Shown piece by piece: positions 1-12,188 of a stretch of 64,000 nt of DNA. Each line of letters opens with the position of its first letter. Within the stretch, counting starts at the first letter, position 1. A program made the translations under genes and the position numbers. Source of the DNA: Callorhinchus milii (Eukaryota); NCBI RefSeq assembly GCF_018977255.1, contig NW_024704745.1, positions 12,214,001 to 12,278,000 of the forward strand. Direction: 5' to 3'. Under the pieces are notes generated by a model, which had not been told where the DNA came from, did not search any database, and saw only the letters and a program-made list of their open reading frames with translations.

Positions 1-306
1 TGCAATGTTGATATTGATCCTGTCAATTCATACCTATGCTGCCTGTGTGGATAATAGTGATGAAACATCACTTCTAGAGCTGCAGTGCTTGATCTGTACG
101 TAGCTTGTGCAACTTCACTGCTCTATTAAGCCTAATCAATTTCTTGATTATTACTTTGTTATTGGAAATGGTTGTGAGGAAATCCCGATACAAGTCACAC
201 GATTAGTTTCTGTTCTGTCAGATGTGGAATGAATGTTTATTATAGCATAAATTTCAGACTTGTTAGTTTTATCAAAGTGTTCACGAGCACCTTCCTCTTT
301 TTTCAG

Positions 307-3300
307 GTCTCCTTGCCTCAACGATTTAGCCAGTCTCATAAATTAAAACTGTCGGAAAACGAGCAAGCTGTTTACAATGTCCTGTTTGCTCGTTCCAGGT
401 AAAAGATATTTGAGGATTTATGTGATTTTTTTGTTGGTGATATTTGTTCACTGCACTTGACAGTAAAATCCTGTGATATGCTTTATAACTTAACGTTTCC
501 TTGACATGTTATAATCTGTATTAAATGTAAGTATTATTATTTTAAAGGCAGGATACCTTTCCTGCACTAACTCGAATGTGATTGTTTGGATAATCTCTTT
601 CATTCGAAAGAAGCACTGTTTTAATTTTTAAATATGCTATCTTTTGATAGACAGTGTGTGCCTGTTTAAACAAAGATTGGATAACTCAAGTGGATCAGAT
701 CTTTACTCGTGTCCAGACAACTCAATCCTAGGTTATCTTCTTGTCACGCTCTATTATCTGAAGAAATTTATATCAATCAGTCAGGGTACCATTTGCCAAT
801 GAGCCAGTCAGACTCTGGAGAGGGGTAAAAAGGTCCTGGTTGGATCTGTTTGATCACATGTTGAATGATATCAATACATGGAGATTCTCAGAGCTAGAAT
901 GTTTCATCCTATTGTTTGGTACAGAGCTCCAATAATAATAAACTAGCAGTAGCAGGATATGTTGTGCATTGATACAATCCAAAGCTACTATTGGGGGTAA
1001 GTTAGGTTATGCATTGACATGAAATGCATGTGCAGGAAGCTCACTGAGGGTCCACAGGATACCTGCCTTAGAAGCGAAACAGCCTGAGAATGAAGATTGT
1101 TTTAGTGGAACTGCTCTATCGTACAATTTGTGCAAAGTGAGCTTTCTGTTTCTGAAAAGACCTGTAGGTCCCAGGAAAAGAAGATGGCAGGCGTCTCAAA
1201 ACCTTTTTAGAAAGAAGATTTTTCTGAGATTTCTGTGGAATATTTAGTGGAAAATTTAATTTATTATCTTTCTTTTGGCCCTTAGATCAACTTTGCAGTC
1301 CTATCTAAAGAGACACGAGGGCAAGAATTACAAAACGAGTTCCTCATCAGGTTCTGACAATCCCTTCCACAGAGGTACAGAAAAACTCTTAAGTTTTCAC
1401 CCTTTCACCGGATTGAGTTTATGGAAAAGTGTTCATTGCTTTTGTTGCGTTTTTTTTAAGATAGATGTTAGCTTTCACTTGTTTGGATTGGGAGGGAATT
1501 AAAAAAAAACTATTTACCCTATCCTATGCTTATATGACCTTCTATAAACCGCGATGATAGGAATGGTCTGAGACCTTGAGTAATTGTCATTTAATTAGAA
1601 ATCTTATTTATTTTTAAATTGAGTGAATTTCTTTTGGCCCAATTGAGGAGATCAGTGCCTCACTTCTAACCATCAATACCGTCGCCAAACATGCTCAGGT
1701 TGTATGTAGCACAGCATTGAGTCTAAATGTAGAGTTAAAACTCAGCCCTGACAGTTGTACCTCCACCACATTTTTTTAAAATTTCCTGCACAAGCCACCT
1801 GTTTGTTGTCGCTGTGACACTGACAATTGAAGTCAAATTAAATTAACTTTTTGCAGTGGCTGTGTGAGTGGTAGCCACTAGTTTGAAGTTGCCCACTCAA
1901 ATATCGTACAGGATCCTTACACTTGACCAAGGGAGATTGCATCCCGGGTATCTGGACTGAATTCAGACAAAGAAAGACAGAGATAGAGGGACAATCGATT
2001 AGCCGCAACACAATTAGTCTCCAATTTTAAGCACGATACTTTATATACGCGGTGGCATTAATTGTGCATGTTTTAAGAATGCCCAGTTAATTTCACTGTA
2101 GCTGAGCATGTGCACTAGTACAGAGGTTTTATATGTAACCATTATTTCCCTTGTTTGAATCAGTGGCCCAGGAGTTTGGAGTTGAGCCGACTGCCGCTGG
2201 TCATTTTGTAAGCCAGAAGGCTTCTCACAGCTCGAGCACTGTCCATATCCTTTCCTTACTGCTGAGGCTTCGGCAGTGCTGTTGTCATCTCTCCCTGCTG
2301 AAGATGGTTAGAAATCATTATGCTCTTGATAGCCTGAACACAACATTAAAAACACTCAGAATTAATAACATTTCTTACACAAACGCCAATTTCAATGAAA
2401 ATATTTAATGGTTTGGTTCACGAACAATTGAGGGAAAGAATAAAATTAAAAGACAAGCATTTCTCAGATTACAGTACTTTGTGACCACATATGGCCTTTG
2501 CTCCAGGAGTTACAGTAGAGGACTTAATGCTGTTTTTGCTGATCACCCACAGTAATAAAGCTCAGGTGGCTTTGGTAACAACAAGATTACATTTGTATAG
2601 CTCCTTTCACGACTTCCCAAGGCGCTGGACAGCGTACAACATTTCAGACCTGAGCTGGAGTCAGGGGGAGAAAGGAGGGGAGGGGGAGGGCGGTGGCCGA
2701 TGGCATGGTCGAAGAGGAAGGTCTTGAGGCGGGACTTGAAGGAGGCTAAGGAGGGGGTTAGGTGGAGTGATTAGGGGATGGAATTCCAGAGGTTGGGGGC
2801 AGAGTGGCTAAAGGCCAATGGTGGGACGGGTGGTTCGGGGGAAGTGGAGCAGGCCAGAGCCGGCTGAGTGGAGGGAGCGGGCGGGTTGGTAGGGGGTTAG
2901 GAGGTCACAGAGGTAGGGTGGGGCGAGGCCATGGAGGGCTTTGTAGGTGAGGACCAGGATCTTGAACTGGATCCTCTGAAGTATAGGGAGCCAATGGAGT
3001 CGGGCGAGAATGGGGCAGATGGGGTCACGGAGTTTGGTGCGGGAGAGGACACGGGCTGCAGAGTTCTGGATTATCTGCAGCCTGTGGAGGGAGGAGTTGG
3101 GAAGGCCGACAAGCAGGACGTTTGCATAGTCGAGCCTGGAAGTGATCAAGGCATGAACAAGAGTTTCCGTGGCCTGAGGGGTGAGGTAGTGGCGGAGTCG
3201 GGCGATGTTATGGAGGTGAGGGAAGGCAGAGCGGGTCATGGCTTGGGTGTGGGGAAGAAAAGACAGTTGAGTGTCGAATAAGACACCCAGGTTCCTGACT

Positions 3301-6300
3301 GGTTTGGTGAGTTGTAGTGTGCAACCATGGAGGTTGATGCTGCCAGAGCCTGAGGTGCTGAGGCGCTGGCGCGAGCCAATCAGGAGGGCCTCAGTCTTGT
3401 TCACATTCAACTAGGAAATTTGCTCTCATCCAGAACTTGATGTCCAACAGGCAGTCGTGTGTCAGTGGTCCTGGAGTTGAGGGTGGAGGCAGAAAGATAG
3501 AGTTAGGTGTCATACATATGGAAGTTGACTCCATGTCTGCGGATGATGTCACCAAGGGGGAGCATGTAGATATTAAAGAGGAGAGGGCCAAGGACAGAGC
3601 CCTGGGGGATGCCAGACGTGACAGACGGGGGCTGGAGTAGAAACCATTAGAGGCAACAAAGTGGAGAGCGAGAGAGATAGGAATCGAACCAGGCAAGGGC
3701 GGGTCCGCAAAGATTAAGTAAAGAGGAGAGGCGGTGAATGAGGATAGAGCGATCGACAATGTTGAAGGCGGCAGAGAGGTCGAGAAGGACAAGGAGGCAG
3801 AGGGAGCCCTGATCACAGATGTTCAGAATGTCATTAGTGCCTTTGACCAGGGCCGTTTCCGTGCTGTGGGCACCGGATTGGAAGGGTAGGAACGATTCTT
3901 GGTATCAGTGACTTGAGAATAAACCCTTTATGGTGATAGTAAGAGAATGGTTTATCTTCTTTGTAGCTTAATGTTAATATTTGCAGATCCTGAAAATTGA
4001 ACTCAGGCTACTAACTTGCCACCTTGTTACCCGCTACATTATCTGCCGCTAACCCCCAAGAGTTCAGGTCTGGGTGGGGGGGAAGGACAGAGTTCCGAAA
4101 CTCAGTGGATAATGAGTTTGTCACATTTTGTCACCACTGATGTGGAAAATCACATTTTAGGCTCTGTTACAACCGCACCTAACAATTTATATCTGATGTT
4201 TTCAGTGTTTTGTTCTTATCAATAGTGTTTTTCATGAATTTCAGACTCTCGAGCAAACAGAAATGGAATCTGAGGGTATCAGCCTGTCCCTGGAGGAACA
4301 GATGAATGCAATGTCATTGACAGAGGTCACAACTTCCGAGCCCAAATCAATGGTCCTTTTGAATGGTACTAGCTTCGAAGCTGAACTTTTTGAACAAACC
4401 AGGGAGAGCACAAAGGTATGGAGTTCAGTTTTATTTTACACCAGAACCTCCATTGAAACAGCAGTTTGCATGTGTTCCTGGACCTGATAAGTAATCCTCA
4501 AATTGTAATTTGTACCACTTTTAATTTTGATAGCAACTTTGCTTAAATTTTTGTTGGACATGTAAAAGGTCAGTCTAAGAAGGCATTTAAATAAGGGGAA
4601 AAGTTACAATACGTACAAAAAATTGCAAAAATAAAGACCGATTTTATATGCAGGGAAATTTACTCTGAAATAGTTGTACAATTTGAGCATAAAATCTTAA
4701 AGGATACTTACAGATTGATTCAATCAATAAAATAAAACTATCAATTCCAGTTCAAGTTAATGGTACTAGATTCGAAGCTGAACTTTTTGAACAAACCAGT
4801 GAGAGAACAAAGGTATAGAGTTCAGATTTGTTTTACTGAACTCCATACTTTTGTGCTCCAATGTCCAAATGCAGAGTGCTAGTTGGAATAATTTTATTTG
4901 TGGTATTTGAAATAATTAAGTCTGTATTTGACCTTCTGTTCTGGCTGTTGACAGATCACCGCACTGTTGACAAAGCTAAAGGCAATCAGCAGCAGCCGAG
5001 AGCCACAGAAAAGGTAAATAGTCGAGACAACATCATGTTAGGTTTAAATACTCAGATGATTTCTAATACAATAAATGATATATGGATTCAGAATTTATAT
5101 ATTCCTCATCTGTCAGTGTGATTGTAGAGGTGTTGATCTGCAATCTGTAACTATATTGTATTGCCTTGTGCTGCCTGACTGAGCTTTGCCTCAGTCCCTT
5201 CATTATTGAGGCTTCTTTGTGTCCTAACAAGTTGAATGAGTCTGTACTTACCAATCTGTATGTTTTCCTTTCCCAGTGTGGTGGTCTCTCAATGGACCAG
5301 CATGCTGCGTGTAGTGGCAGAACACTTGGATCGGATCAAGCTGAGCTATGTAACCATAGATGGCTCTGTGACTCCTAAACGGCGCATGGATTTTGTGGAG
5401 GAATTCAACACTAACCCGAAAACTATTCAGGTGCAATACTGACCTTGTTTTTGTTCAGAAAAGTGTGAGGGGTTAGGCACGTTGAATGTACTAGGTTGGG
5501 CAATGGTTAATGTGAAGCAGAGAGTGGAAGGGCTCAACTGCTGTCGGTGATTCTTATTAAAAACGTATATTGTAGGTTCACAGTTAAATCAGTGTTGTTT
5601 ATGTGTCTGGTGCTTGGTTACATGGAGGAGAGGTGTCCTTTATTTATGTGGTACCAAGTAATAGGATGTTTTGAAGACTTGACCTGAAAGAGGCTCCATG
5701 ATGATCGCTTTGTCTCTCTTACTCCATAGGTCATGCTGGTCTCTCTGTGTGCTGGGGGTGTGGGTTTGAATTTGATTGGAGGAAACCACCTCTTCTTATT
5801 AGACATGCACTGGTAAGGTTAAAGATCAGCAAGAGCAATGATCATCATTATTGCAGACTGTTTTACAATCTGACATTGGAGAGAAGGACGCTAAATTGTG
5901 GATTGTTACATACTGCTATCTATAAATTGTTACCTTATTCAAATGGTTTAATTTCTAGGATTATTTGAGATGAACAAAATAATCCCACATCGTGTCATGT
6001 CACCTAATTATCTTTTCAGGAACCCAGCGCTGGAGGAGCAGGCCTCCGATCGAATTTACCGCGTAGGGCAACAAAAGAACGTCACCGTGCACAGGTACTA
6101 GATGAACAAATGAGAAAATATTTGATTAAAGGTGCTATAATTTTTCTCCTCATGGATTAACTTTGCAGACCAGAGATCAAACCATGCTTTCTTTTATTTC
6201 ATGAAACTATCAGTAACATCCTGGATAGCACATACACTTTATATTGTTGCACTACGCAGTTACTACTAATATCAAACCGTCGGGTTCACTTTTGTGTCTT

Positions 6301-6562
6301 GATCGAGTGAAACACCTAATGCAATAAAACCATGGAAAGTGGCAAAAGGTATTTTCCTATGAGTGTCTTTGCTCCCAATAAAAAATGGCCAATCATTTTA
6401 ATTTTCTTTCTCCCCAGGTTTGTGTGCGAGGGAACTGTCGAAGACAAAATTTTTGAACTGCAAGAGAAGAAAAAAGAACTGGCAAAGAAGGTGTTATCAG
6501 GGACTGGAGAATCCTTCACTAAGCTCACACTGGCGGACCTCCGGATTCTTTTTGGTGTCTGA
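307..6562 (+). CDS. TTF2: Transcription termination factor 2 (SNF2-family helicase), last 9 coding exons; 5' part lies outside the window
   Basis: Phase-consistent AG/GT exons: 307-398, 1286-1374, 2164-2306, 4245-4415, 4955-5013, 5277-5430, 5730-5812, 6020-6094, 6418-6562(stop). Translation has [21 protein letters not shown]...[46 protein letters not shown] and the C-terminus [13 protein letters not shown], matching remembered vertebrate TTF2. Adjacent to TRIM45 as in human. Confidence 0.95.
2577..3880 (-). mobile_element. L2-clade LINE, 5'-truncated (RT C-terminus plus 3' tail), in a TTF2 intron
   Basis: ORF 2808-3410 has [10 protein letters not shown]...LHWLPI...[11 protein letters not shown]; ends in the stem-loop tail plus (TTG)n. 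Boundaries approximate. Confidence 0.9.
4759..4825 (+). repeat. Intronic 67-bp duplicate of the 3' end and donor site of TTF2 exon 4245-4415
   Basis: 4759-4825 aligns gap-free with 4362-4428 with a handful of substitutions, including ACAAAG|GTAT. Confidence 0.85.
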
Positions 6563-8250
6563 GTTTTAGAGGAAGGATGTTCAGCAAATCTAATTGTTGA
6601 TCAACAGAGCACTCTTAACAGTTCTCATTAAAGAGAATCCTAGAGTCTGTCAATCTACAGAAAAGAGCCCAGTTGAAAATACTGGAAGTCCTGAACATTT
6701 TTTGCCAAATATATATACTGTAATAGTTAATTTGAAATCTTATGATCGCAACTTACAATAATTACATTGCTTTTTGACCTATTTCCATCTATCAAGAGTG
6801 CCTCACTTCCTTTCCCAGCGCTCAACTCAAACTCTTCTGGAGGCATGGGGAAGAGTACCACTTGGTTCATATACCTGATACAGTTAGATCATAAAGAGCC
6901 TGATGAGAGATTTCTTTTGACAAAAGTGCAACAATGCTTTCAAATGTCTTATCACAAAACCTAAAGGTTTCAATTTTATTTTAAAAACTTGATGTTTGCT
7001 ATTATCTGAAGGCAGGGGCCCAATGCATCACTAACAATAAATTATTTTAGTTAATGAACTATTAATGACTCTTTTCTGTAAACCATTTTGGACGAAATAG
7101 TTTGATTAGGCTTCTTTTATTTAGTTGCAGTTTGTTTAAGGTACAAGAAACACACAGAATTTTAGAAAAATCCAGAACGTTAATGTATTGAAGATGCGAG
7201 CATCAATGTGATGCATATAGAGAACAAGCTGCTTTGAAGGTATGAGACACTTTGGTTCTGGCCCTGAGGTTTAGTTGGACAATAGACCTTAAAGAATTAA
7301 AGAATAACAATAATTCTTGCATTTGATAGAAATGCTTAGAAATCATGTTGAACATCTATTTCATAATGCTTCACACCGTGAGCTACTCTAAAGTGTATTA
7401 ACATCTTTTGAAAGCAAATCTGGCATCTAATTTGTTCCACAGACAACAATGAAATGAATAACGTCATTATGTGGTTTTGGTGAATTTGGGTGAGTGATAA
7501 ATAATAATAATAATAGAAGACATGAAAAGTGCTATATCAAATGCAATGATTATTATAATAATCCTTACATTTGATATAGCGCCTTATCACGTCATGGAGA
7601 CGTCTCAAAGAGCTTCACAGGATACACTGTAACATATAGTGACTTTTGTGGGCGAAACAGATTGGACTAGGAGCATGTACTGCTCTTTGAAATAGGAGCA
7701 CATGGTCTTTAAAGTCCATCTTATCTGAACCATCAGATGATTTTAAAATCTTGGTGTAAAGTCTTCCAAAGGATAGCACATTCAACAATGTAGGGCTCCC
7801 TTTTGTGCTGTACTACAATGGAGTTTCAGCCTAGATTATGAGTTACTGTCCCGGCTTCAGGTTTTAAACCCCATCATTTTAATGAAAGGTAAGAGTACTA
7901 CCAGTTAAGCCAAACTGAACCCCATTTGGAGTCACATCAAGTAGAACAGTTCAACATTTTTTCCCTTTCGCGTGTTAGTATGTTTTCTTTCCCATCCTAA
8001 ATTTGGCTGTGCGTTAATCTCCATGAAGGGCCAGCCATGTTAATTACTTTCCCAGTCCCTGGACGCATCCCTGCTCTCAAACTACTACCCCATCTCCAAC
8101 CTCCCTTTTCTTTCCAGGGTCCTGGAATGAGTCGTTGCTTCTCAGTTTCGCTCCTTCCTCTCCTGCCTCTCCCTTCACGAACCCCTCCGATTGGGTTTCT
8201 CACCTCAACCTTCATGGTTGTGTCCTTGAATGGTTCAGATCCTAGCTGTA

Positions 8251-8350
8251 GAGTCCTGTAGCTCTGTGGTTAGAGCACTTGCCTTGCAAGCGAGAGACCT
8301 GGGTTTGATTCCCAGAAGGGTGAAACGTTGGGAAAGTTTCCTTACTCCAC
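8251..8350 (+). mobile_element. tRNA-derived SINE head fragment
   Basis: gagtcctgtagctctgtggttagagcac...gggtttgattccc, same head as the full-length copies. Confidence 0.75.
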
Positions 8351-8364
8351 AATTCTGATGATAA

Positions 8365-8823
8365 TCCCTTGACCTTATCTCCCTATCCTTGCCCAACTCC
8401 ACTGGTTTCCCATCAGTTCATAGAGTTCAAGATCCTGGTCCTCACCTTCAAAGACCTCCATAGCCTTACTCCCCAACCTTTGTGACCTCCTAACCCCCTA
8501 CCAACCTACCTGCTCAGCGGGATCGAGCCTTGCCTGGCCCACCCTTGGTGGACGAGCCTTCAGCCACTCTACCCCCATCCTCTGGAACTCCATCCTGCAA
8601 TCCTTCCACCTCTCCCCCTCCCTTGCCTCCTTCCAAGACCCATTTCAAGACCTACCTCTAGACCCTCTTCGACTGTGCCTTCGATCATCCTCCTTCCCCC
8701 ACTGCCCTCCACCCTCCCCGATCCCGACCCCCAGCTTGGGTCCGAAACACTGACTGTCCAGTGCCTTGGAACGTCCTCCCGATGTGACAGGCACTGTACA
8801 AATGTAATTTTGTTGTTGTTGTA
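8365..8823 (+). mobile_element. L2 LINE 3' fragment
   Basis: ctccactggtttcccatc...ttcaagatcctggtcctcacc; tail gccttggaacgtcctcccgatgtg...(TTG)n. Confidence 0.8.
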
Positions 8824-11800
8824 ACTGATTTCAACTAATCCATTCCCACATGTTTGTATGTTTGTTGCAAGGAGGGTTACATTCCTACCATATTGGGCAA
8901 TAACATTCATGCAGCTAATGCTAAGCCAATTGGTTGGCCTATCAAACATGATCTGCACAAACCTCAGTGCTAATGTGAAAACCACAAGGACCCATAGCTG
9001 TGATCTGAATCAGCAGTGCGGTTCTGCATGTACAGCTCTTGCTCCAGCAAGCATCTAACAAGTGAAGTTTGGGCAGAGTAAAGTAGCTTTAGTGACTTTC
9101 ATCTGCACTCTAGCCTGAATTCAAACGCTTGCCTCAGAGATGAAAAACATTTGAAAACACAACCAGATAAACTAAGTGGAGTTAACCTACTTAATGGTTG
9201 TATCCTTTTGAAGTTAATTCTCAAGCAAATTCATTGCTTGTGAGGGCTGAAGAAAAGTGACATGAATTGAGAGAGTATTTGAACAGGATTAGTTGGTGCA
9301 GTGGGTAGGTCTGAGTGATTCCCAACACCAAGACAAAGGTCTTGTGCCCGTAAGACGTACATGAAATAGATTTAGGCAGTTTCAGCAATTGGAATTGCCT
9401 CCAATTCAGCAGAGTTTCAATAATTTTGTATTCACCACATAAAGGTGGCAGTTATCTTGCTGGAGCAAACCAAAGGGAGTTTTACTTTGCATCTGAGAGC
9501 TAGAAAGTCTTGGTGCTGAAAATTGTTGCTCAAAATGGAAAGTGTTTCACTCCCCACTGGCCTTTCCCATGAAGATAATAACCCAGTGTTGTGTACAAAA
9601 TAGCTAATTTAAATCCACTATCTCTTTAAATGATTGCATACAGGGCAGGTAATTTTTCACTAAAAATAAGTGTAAACAATGGTATGTGTACAAATCACTG
9701 GAGGCACAGGTTAGCAAAATGAAACTTTCATATATGCACATAAAGGGCATGGTTGTTCTAGTGTAGTTGATATTTTAACAAGCGGTAATAATCTCCCAAT
9801 ACTGAGACAATCTTTTCCACTAATCGCCTTTTGTGAAGCAGTCTTTAAAAACAATTGGTAACTTGACAGTGACAAGAAAAAAGCAGAAATAATGTAAAAC
9901 TACATTTACACTATTTTATAAACTTTCCCTTCATTGTAAGAAATAAGTGAAGTAAACAAGGAATAAAAAGAACAGAAAATGCTGGCATTTCACAACATGT
10001 CAGCCAGCACTGGAAAGCGAAAGTTTAAAGTTTTATCAGATCTTTCTTGGGTCACACCATAATCTATTGTTTTATTTCAGATGCTGATCGACCTTCTGTG
10101 CATGTTGTTCATATACAAATGCATCTTCTTTTTATTGAATGGATCCATATATTCTTTCCATCATAATGTAAGTTGAGAGCTAGCCACAATTTTACACCAG
10201 CCCAGTGTGAGGCAAGGGGGAGAAAAATAATGCTCACTTATGTAGTGCCTAGTTTGCAGCCATGTCTATTGAATGCAGTGGCTTTTGTTTTTAAGGGGTA
10301 TTTGAAAACAAATTAGACAAACAGGTTCAAGGAACAATATTGGAAGGGATAGGGAAAAATGATATTTGGGATTAGGATGACTGGCTTCTAAGAAGCAAAC
10401 GCCAATGTGGAAAACACATGTGTTGAATGGATTCTGACTGTCTTACAATTCTCTGGGTCTCCTTTAATTGGACCAAGTTAATGTTTTCTTTTTCTTTTAA
10501 ATAACAAGTTTCATGCAAACTGTAAAATGTGGTGCTGAATTTAACAACAGTTTACAAAAGATAACTGACACAAAGCTGAAATATGGTAGAAACTCACTAA
10601 TAAGGCCAACAAACAAACTGAGGGATTGACCTCATCAGTGAGATTGTGTTACTGTACTATGCAATATATGTTGAAGTGGACAAGAGCTCAAACAACTGAC
10701 CAAATTAATTAGTTGTTCATATCAGTGGGGTAACGTAGGTGATTTCCATTGTAAATACACGATGTTAATGTAATGAAGCCAATAAATAAGAATTAGCTGT
10801 GCCGCAAGTCACAGACCATCACATCGCCCCTCTATAAACTCAGCACTCTTATCACCGCTAGTATTGTTTGCTAGAAAAAGTTCCCCTTATTTATGCAGAG
10901 ATCTTCACAGCAGGCAACTATTATAGCTGAACTTTGAAAACAATATTTTACTCAGCTGCACACATCTGACAAGACACACTGCTGTCTGTACAGAATTTTC
11001 CAGTGCCATAGCATATGGTCCATTCAAAAGACACAGCGGGCGAGTTTCAAGCAAAAGAAGGTAAAACCATAGCTTTAACCATTTAATAGTTCCTATAAAA
11101 TTAATCCTGACAGTTCATAGTACAAATATAATCTCAGCAAAATTAAGGTAACCCAGAAAAGTAGCATTGGGATTTCAAATAAAGCACAATGCAAGCATGA
11201 CAAACAATAGATCCAAGAGCCACTGGTGCTAGAGATGTATATTGTTTGAATCTTATCACTGGCATTCAAACCTAACACGTAGCTCAATTGGTGAGACACT
11301 TTGAGTCGGCTTTTAGACCTCTGAGTTGGCTAACATAAACAGAATCTTATATTTATAACCTCACTTTACCCCAGGCTGTGTTTAAGCGTACATCAAATCC
11401 CTTCCAATTGCTTGGTTGTCACTTGATTATATCATGATGCTGTTTTTTTAAGAAAGTTGAATTAATGACCGTATAATAATCTTTGCATTTAATATAGCAC
11501 CTTATCACATTGTGGAGATTATATTGTGTGAGCAAAACTTTTTTTACTGACCAAGAGACAACGAAAAATGTTGCTTGATTAAAAATTCACATATGCACAC
11601 ACTTTTAAAATAAAAAGCCAGCAATTATTTGCATTTTTTAAATTACTGGTTCAGCTTACATATTGATGTGGTATACTTTCTGTGTAATAATAATAATCCT
11701 TGAATTTGATATAGGTCCTTATCACATCGTTGAGATGTCTCAAAGCGCTTCACAGAATATACTGTAAAGTAAATTGACCATATAATTTGTGTATGTGTCA

Positions 11801-12188
11801 TACGGTTTGGTGCTTATGTGCGCTAACACTTTAAGAACAACCTACATATTCTGTAGAGAGTGAATTTGAGACCTGATGCTATAGGCAGTTTGACGGTCAT
11901 GTTATGCTTACAAATAGTCAATAGTATCACAACGTGTTGTTTTTCATTGGAAGTTATTATACATAGAAAATCTGAATAAGCCATTTGTAAAAGCCTTTAA
12001 ATGTAAGTTGCAAGCGGATCATAAAGTGAAGTGCGAAACTCACTACAAATCTTTAAGGAATCAACAACAACAAAAGCTTGCCTTTATAGTACTCTTCACG
12101 CGGGGTATTGTCCCGAATCGCCATCGGAAAAAGCTAAGCAATTAATATAAAACGTCTATGGTTTGCTTGGTTTTTGTCTTCTTGTTGA

